From an uncultured Planctomycetia bacterium (GTDB lineage: Bacteria; Planctomycetota; Planctomycetia; Pirellulales; PALSA-1355): a stretch of DNA of 64,000 bases. Under the pieces are notes generated by a model. It had not been told where the DNA came from. It saw nothing but the letters and a program-made list of their open reading frames with translations, and did not search any database. Positions 57,243 to 64,000 of this stretch are shown piece after piece (the stretch's first letter is position 1; each line of letters starts with the position of its first letter). The position numbers and the translations under genes were made by a program. The stretch covers positions 1,989,811 to 2,053,810 of the forward strand of contig CAWDFN010000001.1 of the NCBI GenBank assembly GCA_963801675.1. Direction: 5' to 3'.

Positions 57243-59588
57243 TTGGGAGAATCCAGCATGTTGTCGATGTTCCAGGCGCTAGAAACCGTTCGCCGCCGCA
57301 AGTCCGCCGCCGCGCGGACGTCGCGCCCCGTCATGAGGCGGCTATGGTTCGAGCCGCTTGAAGATCGGCAGCTCTTGACGACCGTGCCGTTCACGATCAC
57401 CAACAACACGACGATCGATTCGGCGGGCGACTTGGCTTACGCCGACAACAATATTTTCATCGAACTGTACGGCCAGGACTATTCGGCCGCCGGCAACTAT
57501 TACTTCTTCAATGCCGCCGGAACGCCTGCGCTGACGACCACCGCCCTGGCGAACGACCAGGGCCAGCGCGTGGTGGAGTCTTTTCGGCTCAGCGACCTGA
57601 CGAAGACCGGCACCCACACGTACACGATCGATCTGCCGCTGACGCTGCCGGGCACGTCGTACGGCATCCAGGCGGCGCGGATGTACTTTTCGATGGGCGC
57701 GGCCGAGGAGCTGACCATCAACCCCGACGCGATCGGCAGCGTCAACGCCCCGACGCCGAACAACACGTTTGACGACTTTATCGAGTTCTCGCTCAACGCG
57801 CCCAACAATCCCCAGGGCAATCTGAATATCGACACCACGAACGTGGATCAGTTCGGCGTCCCGATCCAGATCGCGGTCACCTCGACCGAGAACCTCGATC
57901 CCGCGCTGGTGGGCATCACCGCCACGCGCGCTTCGGTGATCAGCCAGTTCCAGAGTTTTGTGAGCACGCCGGGCGATCCGTTTGCCGTCTGCATCTGGCC
58001 CGCTTCGGATCCGACCTACGGCACTTACCGGATCTCGAATCCCACCGGCGTGTTCGACGGCATCAATCCGGCGATCAACCAGGTGCAGGTCCAAACCACC
58101 TTGCAAAACGCGATTGGCCCGACCGACTCGGTCATCAACGTCTATACCGGCGCCGCGTTTCCCGATCCCGCAGTGACTCCGTTTTTGATCCAAATCGACT
58201 CGGAAATCATGCAGGTCACCGGCAGCTCGCAGCGATCCGATAAAACGACCAACTGGGCGGTGCTCCGCGGCCAAAGCGGCACGCAGGCCGCCGGTCACTC
58301 GTCGTCGACGCTCGTCAACTTCGCTCAAAACGCCGTCACCGCCACGCAAACGACGATGACGGTCGCCGGCGACACCAATTTTCCGCAGTCGGGCTCGTTC
58401 TACATTCGCGTGGCCTCGGCCGATCCGAGCAACTTCGAAGTCATGCTGGTCACTGCCCAACGGACGAACCTTGACGGCACGGTTACTTGGACCGTCACGC
58501 GCGGACAGGCGGGCACGCAGGCCGTGGTGCACGTCGAAGGTGCGCAGGTCTATTACGACGCGTCGATCAACCTGGCATTGAACCACTACTTCGATCAGGC
58601 GATCGACGACCTGTTCACCCGGCACGACACCACGCCCACGCTCAGCGTGTTCTCGAATGCCGACGGCGGCGCCGGCAAGATTTATGCGGGAACGGTCCAG
58701 CAGACCGGCCAGAACAACGCCACGGTGCTGCGCTTCGTCGACCCCGACGACTCCAGCATCACCTACGATATTTACTATCCGTTCTTCACAGACAACAACT
58801 ACCTCTGGTTCGGCCACACGCCCGCCTTGACCCCGCAAGCCGCGCCAAGCTGGGTCGCCAGTGCCGATTTGGCCTCGCTATCGCCGTCCGAGATGGTGTT
58901 CGCCTGCGACGGCGTGTTTGCCGACAGCGCGTATCAAACGTTGGTGTCCGGCGCCAACATAAAGGTCCTGGCCGACCTGGAAAACCAGGTGGTTTCGGCC
59001 CTGAATCGCGGCGTCGCGCAATTGGCCGGTTACGCCGCGACCGACTCCTGGCAGAACACCAGCAAGTATTACGTCGCCAACGGCACCAACGAGGTATGGA
59101 ATCGCTACGCCGAGTTTCTCCACAAGAGCACCGTCAGCATCGCCAAATTGAACTATGGCTTCGCCTTCGACGATCAGGCGGGTCAGGCCTCGGACATCGG
59201 CGCCGGCAGCTTTACCAACGCCGCCATCACGCTCGCGCCCTGGGCAACCAGTACCAATCCCGATCCGAACCCGAATCCGAACCCCAATCCGAACCCGAAC
59301 CCCAATCCCGATCATTCGCACATTTCGCAACGATGGATCTTGTCGTCGACGACTCTCAGCCAGGTGCCGCCGGGTAGTCAGTCGACGCCCTCGCCGCAAA
59401 CGTTCTCCGCCCTAACGACGGTTCAGCTATCCTCGCAACCCGCCCTCGACGCCGTCATGTCCGCCCTCGCCAGCAGCCAATCCAACCCGTCGCACGACGA
59501 CGATCCGTCAACCGGCTCGTCCGCATCGTCATTGCCTGCCAGCACAATCCCCTCGATCCGCAGCCTGTTAAGTCGTGGCAAACGTTGA
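57243..59588 (+). CDS. large secreted protein, GH64/thaumatin-like beta-1,3-glucanase-type domain (pattern-based) with Pro-Asn repeat near the C-terminus
   Basis: 781 aa with the N-terminal LEDRQLL motif. ARMYFSMGAAEEL, FDDFIEFSL, NIDTTNVDQFGVPIQI and NYGFAFDDQAGQASD resemble GH64-family signatures. Confidence 0.4.
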   Translation: MGESSMLSMFQALETVRRRKSAAARTSRPVMRRLWFEPLEDRQLLTTVPFTITNNTTIDSAGDLAYADNNIFIELYGQDYSAAGNYYFFNAAGTPALTTTALANDQGQRVVESFRLSDLTKTGTHTYTIDLPLTLPGTSYGIQAARMYFSMGAAEELTINPDAIGSVNAPTPNNTFDDFIEFSLNAPNNPQGNLNIDTTNVDQFGVPIQIAVTSTENLDPALVGITATRASVISQFQSFVSTPGDPFAVCIWPASDPTYGTYRISNPTGVFDGINPAINQVQVQTTLQNAIGPTDSVINVYTGAAFPDPAVTPFLIQIDSEIMQVTGSSQRSDKTTNWAVLRGQSGTQAAGHSSSTLVNFAQNAVTATQTTMTVAGDTNFPQSGSFYIRVASADPSNFEVMLVTAQRTNLDGTVTWTVTRGQAGTQAVVHVEGAQVYYDASINLALNHYFDQAIDDLFTRHDTTPTLSVFSNADGGAGKIYAGTVQQTGQNNATVLRFVDPDDSSITYDIYYPFFTDNNYLWFGHTPALTPQAAPSWVASADLASLSPSEMVFACDGVFADSAYQTLVSGANIKVLADLENQVVSALNRGVAQLAGYAATDSWQNTSKYYVANGTNEVWNRYAEFLHKSTVSIAKLNYGFAFDDQAGQASDIGAGSFTNAAITLAPWATSTNPDPNPNPNPNPNPNPNPDHSHISQRWILSSTTLSQVPPGSQSTPSPQTFSALTTVQLSSQPALDAVMSALASSQSNPSHDDDPSTGSSASSLPASTIPSIRSLLSRGKR
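59256..59312 (+). repeat. imperfect hexanucleotide microsatellite encoding NPDPNPNPNPNPNPNPNPD
   Basis: AATCCCGATCCGAACCCGAATCCGAACCCCAATCCGAACCCGAACCCCAATCCCGAT. Confidence 0.85.
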
Positions 59589-59717
59589 TCGAGCGGCCGA
59601 TGCTTCGAGTTTGAGAAGTAAAGTAGTTTCCGCCGCCGGACCACTTCTTGCCATAACGCACGGGTTGCGGCGCGGCTATACTACACACCACTTCTGGCGC
59701 CTGAGGCAACAACACCG

Positions 59718-60655
59718 ATGCACAGTACAGTTCGTCAACGACTGATTCTAGCAATAATTATCGGCACGCTTCTCGGTGCGACAATCGCCCGCGCCGAAGA
59801 CGCCACCGTCCTGCGCGAACTCCAATATCGCCCCGGCTGCAAGGCTTGCACGCTCGACTTGGCGATGCCGAAAGATCGCGGCAGCGCGCCGCGCCCGGCG
59901 ATCGTGGTCATACATGGTGGCGGGTGGATCGAAGGGGATAAGTCGAGCTTCTCGACGGTCGACAAGCGGGCGCCGGCCAATATTTTGGATTTCGCAGGCG
60001 CCGGCTTCGTGGCCGTGACGATCAACTACCGTCTCGCGGGCGAGGCCCCGTTTCCAGCCGCGCTCGACGACTGCCGCTGTGCCGTCCGCTGGCTGCGGCG
60101 CACGCCGCCGAGTATCACGTCGACGTCAATCATATCGGCGCCTGGGGCAACTCGGCCGGCGGCCACCTGGCCTTGCTGCTGGCCATGATGCCGCCGGATA
60201 AACCCGGCCCGACCGAGGCCCACGCCGGTCAGTCGAGCGCCGTGCAGTCCGCCGTCAGCGACAGCGGGCCGATCGACCTGGTGGCTGGGCACGAGCAAAA
60301 CCAACTGCGAACCGTCATCGAAAAATTCATGGGCGGCCCACTCGACGCCGCGCGCCGCGCCACCTACGAGCGCGCCTCGCCGTCCAGCTACGTCGCCGCG
60401 GCCGATGCGGCCGGGTCGGCTCGAAAAATCCCGCCGCTGTTGTTGATCTATGGCGTCGTCGACGGCCAGGTGAACGTGACCACCGCCGACGCCTTCGTCG
60501 CCGCCCTGGGCCGCGCGGGCCACCAGGACCTCAGCTACATTCGCCTGGCGGGCGTCGACCACTGTCCGCATTCGCTGGCGCGCATTCCCTACCTGCAGCC
60601 CGTCGTCGTCGAATTCTTCCAACGCACGCTGCGACCGGCGAAAATTGCCAGCTAG
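59718..60655 (+). pseudogene. alpha/beta-hydrolase (esterase/lipase-like), one frameshift
   Basis: ORF 59718..60188 carries the signal and VVIHGGGW. The frame of 60173..60655 carries AHAAEYHVDVNHIGAWGNSAGGHLALLLA (GxSxG). There is an apparent 1-nt loss near 60095-60100 (WLR|AHAAEY). Confidence 0.7.
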
Positions 60656-60754
60656 CACTCGACTTTTCTACCATCCGCGAGTGGCGTAAAATCATCGCAG
60701 AGGCCCGCCGACGTGACGGGCAACTTGAAGTCTAACTGACGCGGAGCGTCAACC

Positions 60755-61708
60755 ATGTCAACCGAAGTGGAAGCCAACGACAACCTGGAAGTCACGCTCG
60801 ACCGCATCATGTCCGAGTTGGACGAGGCAACGGACGAACTGCCCGAGGACGCGATCCGTTATGCGCAAAGCCACCGCGAGCAGATCACGCCACGCCTCAT
60901 TCAGGCAATCCGCGACGCCACGGCCCGTGCGGCGGCTGGCGACATCCCCGAGGGCAACGCCCACTTCTTCGCGCTGTTCCTGTTGACCGAGTTTCAGGCG
61001 AAAGAAGCTCTACCCGCCATCCTCGACGCCATCTCTTTGCCAGGTGGACTTCCGCACGACCTATTTGGGGATGCGATCACGTCGGACCTCTGCAGCATCT
61101 TGGCGGCGCTGGCAGGCGACACTCCGGAAGTGTTCGACGCCTTGATGCAAAACCGATCGCTCAACGAGTACGTGCGATGGGGCGCCGCCGACGCGCTGAT
61201 GTACCTGGTTCGCGACGGTCGAATGACGCGGAACGAGGCCGTCGAACGCCTGAGGTCTCATCTGCGTACCGCGATTGCCAACCGCGACGCGGAAGCTGTC
61301 GGACCGCTGGTGATAGTTTTGGATCCTTATTCTCCGCACGAAGCGTTGAGCGACATCCAAGAGGCGTTTCGACTCGGTCTGGTCGACGACGGAATGATCG
61401 GTGTTGAGGAAATCGAGGAGAGTGTCTCGAAGGGTGACTCTTATTTTCAACGGTCACTCGACAACTGCCGTCCGACCGGAATCAAGGACACGGTCGAGGC
61501 TTTGCGCCACTGGGCCACTTTCTTGGACGAGCCCGAGCTGGACTTGGCGCCGGACTTTGAGTGGCTTGAGTCCGAAGAGGACTACGTCTCTGCCGATGCG
61601 CCAGTCCGGCTGGCACCCATTCGCAATACGCAGCCCCGCGTCGGACGCAACGATCCCTGCCCCTGCGGCAGCGGCAAAAAGTATAAGAAATGCTGCGGCC
61701 GTTCTTGA
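60755..61708 (+). CDS. DUF1186-like protein with C-terminal SEC-C metal-binding motif
   Basis: 317 aa ending [21 protein letters not shown]. Confidence 0.75.
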   Translation: MSTEVEANDNLEVTLDRIMSELDEATDELPEDAIRYAQSHREQITPRLIQAIRDATARAAAGDIPEGNAHFFALFLLTEFQAKEALPAILDAISLPGGLPHDLFGDAITSDLCSILAALAGDTPEVFDALMQNRSLNEYVRWGAADALMYLVRDGRMTRNEAVERLRSHLRTAIANRDAEAVGPLVIVLDPYSPHEALSDIQEAFRLGLVDDGMIGVEEIEESVSKGDSYFQRSLDNCRPTGIKDTVEALRHWATFLDEPELDLAPDFEWLESEEDYVSADAPVRLAPIRNTQPRVGRNDPCPCGSGKKYKKCCGRS

Positions 61709-61750
61709 GCTCTCCCATGGCGCCGATCGCTGCCGTCCGAGCGCCGGCCT

Positions 61751-61960
61751 TTAGCGATTCTTCTCGCCCTCCTTCGTACGCCGGTTTTCCGAAAGCGATT
61801 TGCGCAGCAGGAACTCGATCTGGCCGTTGACACTGCGCAAGTCGTCGCGCGCCCAGCGTCTGAGTGCCTCCAGCACCTTGGGATCGAGGCGCAGCAAAAA
61901 TGTGTCGCGCAATGCCACTGGGCACCTCTCTGCGAGTCGTTCATCGCGAACCAACGTCAT
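61751..61960 (-). CDS. Arc/MetJ-type ribbon-helix-helix DNA-binding protein
   Basis: The internal Met of ORF 61751..62173 gives a 69-aa protein. FLLRLDPKVLEALRRWARDDLRSVNGQIEFLLRKSL fits the RHH pattern. Confidence 0.65.
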   Translation of the reverse strand: MTLVRDERLAERCPVALRDTFLLRLDPKVLEALRRWARDDLRSVNGQIEFLLRKSLSENRRTKEGEKNR

Positions 61961-61984
61961 TCGAGCGCAAGCGATTGCTTTTTG

Positions 61985-62109
61985 CGGGTGGCACCGACAA
62001 CTTGTTGTCGGTGTTGCGAAGCAATAGGAGGCATTTGACGGGGGCTCGCGCCTCGCACCGCCCCTCTTGTCCCTGCGGGACCCAGACAACAAGTTGTCTG
62101 GGCCACCCC
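61985..62109 (+). repeat. MITE-like palindromic repeat, copy 2
   Basis: GCGGGTGGCACCGACAACTTGTTGTCGGTG ... CCCAGACAACAAGTTGTCTGGGCCACCCC. It sits between the SPFH stop and the RHH start. Confidence 0.8.
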
Positions 62110-62118
62110 ATTCATTCT

Positions 62119-63069
62119 CTACGAGTAGATCGTGCCCGTGTTGATCACCGGCTGCGTATGGCGATCGCCGCATAACACCACCAGCAAGTTCGAAACCATC
62201 GCCGCCCGTCGCTCGTCGTCCAGTTCGACCACCTTGCCTTCGGCCAGACGCGCCAGCGCCATCTGGACCATGCCCACGGCCCCTTCGACGATCTTAGTGC
62301 GCGCCGCAATCACTGCCGTCGCTTGCTGCCGCTGCAACATGGCCGATGCGATCTCCTGGGCGTATGCCAGGTGGCTGATGCGGGCTTCGATGACCTGCAC
62401 GCCCGCCTTCTCCAGCCGCTCTTGAATGTCCGCGCGCAACTGCTCGGAAACTTGCGTGGTGTTGCCGCGCAGCGAAACCTCGTGGTCTTCGCTGTCGTAT
62501 GGATGCCGGCTGGCCAGCACGCGCAGCGCGGCTTCGCATTGCACCCTCAGAAAGTCTTCATAATCGTCGACTTCGAACAGGGCCTCGGCCGTGTTGACCA
62601 CTTTCCACACCACCACCGCCGAAATGTCGACCGGGTTGCCGTCGCGATCGTTGACCTTCGAGGGCCGGCCGGTGGTGCGCGTCTTGTGTTGCAGTACGTG
62701 GCCGGCCGCGTCCTTGATTTCGGGCGTCGAAGACTCGCCGGTTTCGAAATTGCGCACCCGTAGCGAAATCTTCTTCTTCATGAAAAACGGATTCACCCAA
62801 TAGAAGCCCGATTCGTTCGCCGTGCCGATGTACTCGCCGAACAACGTCAAGACCCGCGCCTGGTTCGGCTGGATCGCCATGAACCCGAACAGGCCGACCA
62901 GCGCGGCGACTTCGCCGAGAATCACGCCCAGAATGAACAATCCGTGCGGCGGGCGATTCAGCCACGCGGCCACAAAGGCCAGCCATGCCGGGCCTCCAAT
63001 CATCAGCAGCAGGATCACGGCCAGGTTGATCCATCCGGACGGCGGGCGATAGTGTTTCTCCGCGATCAT
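62119..63069 (-). CDS. SPFH/band-7 domain membrane protein
   Basis: 316 aa with two N-terminal TM helices. The SPFH core includes ARVLTLFGEY, DISAVVVWKV, IEARISHLAYAQEIASAMLQRQQA. Confidence 0.85.
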   Translation of the reverse strand: MIAEKHYRPPSGWINLAVILLLMIGGPAWLAFVAAWLNRPPHGLFILGVILGEVAALVGLFGFMAIQPNQARVLTLFGEYIGTANESGFYWVNPFFMKKKISLRVRNFETGESSTPEIKDAAGHVLQHKTRTTGRPSKVNDRDGNPVDISAVVVWKVVNTAEALFEVDDYEDFLRVQCEAALRVLASRHPYDSEDHEVSLRGNTTQVSEQLRADIQERLEKAGVQVIEARISHLAYAQEIASAMLQRQQATAVIAARTKIVEGAVGMVQMALARLAEGKVVELDDERRAAMVSNLLVVLCGDRHTQPVINTGTIYS

Positions 63070-63104
63070 GGTTCACCTCGGAAAAGTGGCGGCTTGCTGG
63101 GAAT

Positions 63105-63130
63105 ATATCATAATGATATCATAATGATAC
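63105..63130. promoter_or_regulatory. tandem 11-bp repeat ATATCATAATG x2 (+ATAC) forming overlapping TATCAT-N-ATGATA palindromes upstream of the SPFH gene
   Basis: The repeat lies 36-61 nt upstream of the SPFH start. It is a very A/T-rich island in a GC-rich context. Confidence 0.55.
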
Positions 63131-63277
63131 TATGCGTCAAGAGGCGACGAGCCTGCAGCGAACGGTTCGGCTTGGGTGACCCCGACAACTTCGTTGCGGC
63201 TGTCCGGGAATTCGGACCCGGAAAACACCGGACGCTGGCGTTCCCCATACGAACCCGACGCGCAAGCGAGGGACGCA

Positions 63278-63398
63278 GGGTGGCCCAGACAACTTGTTGT
63301 CTGGTTCCCGAAGGGACAAGAGGGGTTTGGCGAGTGCCGTGAGGCTCGCCGGCGATGGCCTGTTGTGGCGCTGCACCACCGACAACGAGTTGCCGGTC
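63278..63398 (-). repeat. MITE-like palindromic repeat, copy 3 (inverted, more diverged); a further degenerate terminus lies at about 63174-63202
   Basis: GGGTGGCCCAGACAACTTGTTGTCTGG...GGGACAAGAGG...CACCGACAACGAGTTGCCGGT. This is the reverse complement of the copy 1/2 layout. Confidence 0.7.
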
Positions 63399-63425
63399 CG
63401 AGCCGCCGATCTTCTGCTCGAAGAG

Positions 63426-64000
63426 TCACGCCTTCGCGGCGATTGTTCGCCGCTTCCGCGCAACAACCAACAAGCCGACTAAACCCAGCCCGCCCAAGGC
63501 GATCGTGCTCGGTTCGGGCACCGGCTCGTAGGTGTACAGCACGTGGGCCGAGCCGCCCCACGAAAACCCCTCGCCGCCCGGCCCCGTCCCGACCGCCGGC
63601 GTGCTCAACGACGACGAGCCCGAATAGAGCCAGCTCAGCGTGACGCTGCCCGGCCCAGTCAGGGTGTTGAAGAAGGCGCCGGAAGTCAGCGTCAGAAACG
63701 CGCTGTTCGCGTTGAACGAGTTCGATGACGTGCTGGTCGTATAATTGTCCATGAAGTTGATGGCAAGGGGACCCATTGGCTGACCGCCCACGTCGGCCGG
63801 ACCGTTCAAACTGATGGCCGAGAGACCAATCGGATTGCCGATGCTCAGCCAGGTGCCCGTCGTCGAGGCGGCGAACTCGAAGTCCGCTTGAATCAACGTC
63901 CCCAGCGCTCCATTGAAGCGCGAAACCGAGGCGGTCATCGTGCCCGAGATGTTCGTCGACGGCGCATAGACGGTTTGTATGCCGCCCCCCGATGCGCCTG
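63426..64000 (-). CDS. PEP-CTERM sorting-domain protein, 5' end outside the window
   Basis: The C-terminus is PVPEPSTIALGGLGLVGLLVVARKRR. The frame stays open from 63938 to the window edge, and there is no signal peptide at the listed Met. Confidence 0.7.
   Translation of the reverse strand, partial: GASGGGIQTVYAPSTNISGTMTASVSRFNGALGTLIQADFEFAASTTGTWLSIGNPIGLSAISLNGPADVGGQPMGPLAINFMDNYTTSTSSNSFNANSAFLTLTSGAFFNTLTGPGSVTLSWLYSGSSSLSTPAVGTGPGGEGFSWGGSAHVLYTYEPVPEPSTIALGGLGLVGLLVVARKRRTIAAKA

Noticed and set aside
59256-59312. A short periodic repeat that could be mistaken for a CRISPR-like or tandem array.
   Set aside because: The unit is 6 nt with no spacers. It lies in frame inside a long CDS and encodes (NP)n. 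It is a coding microsatellite.

Overview
High-GC bacterial chromosome segment (GC judged by eye, not computed). Its gene content points to Planctomycetota; this is an inference. The supporting genes are PEP-CTERM proteins, DUF1501, arylsulfatase plus formylglycine-generating enzyme, SHD1 domains, an N-terminal LEDRQLL motif and PQQ-like/TolB-like propellers.

Layout:
- 1-12.6 kb is a mosaic accessory region. It holds an IS66 fragment, an excisionase-type HTH, two paralogous MazF toxin-antitoxin loci, a frameshifted IS256 transposase and a plasmid/ICE-like replication-relaxation module with iteron-like repeats. It also holds an A/T-richer block with an S8 subtilase cluster that ends at a tRNA-3'-like remnant.
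- 12.6-46 kb and 51.8-64 kb are mostly ordinary secreted-hydrolase and metabolism genes.
- This backbone is interrupted in three places. One IS3 element sits inside a cyanophycinase-like gene, with perfect terminal inverted repeats and a 3-bp target duplication. A 3.7-kb insertion at 46.2-49.9 kb is bounded by a 17-bp direct repeat. A haloacid-dehalogenase-family (HAD) hydrolase gene at 54.8-59.6 kb is rearranged.

Most interesting candidate: the 46.2-49.9 kb insertion. It carries a tightly coupled 84-aa + 215-aa gene pair, a GIY-YIG protein and an intact-looking IS3. The 215-aa protein has a C-terminal half that resembles an ADP-ribosyltransferase (ART) / Tpt1-DarT-like fold.

Other notable signals:
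- an ilvB gene broken by at least ten frame changes
- a MITE-like palindromic repeat family, two copies of which flank an SPFH-Arc operon in inverted orientation
- several families of long intergenic hairpins
- an orphan terminator preceded by a 10-codon mini-ORF

No rRNA, intact tRNA or CRISPR array was seen. CDS coordinates come from the ORF track, with some starts moved by residue counting. Non-CDS elements were located by eye and may be off by 1-2 nt.
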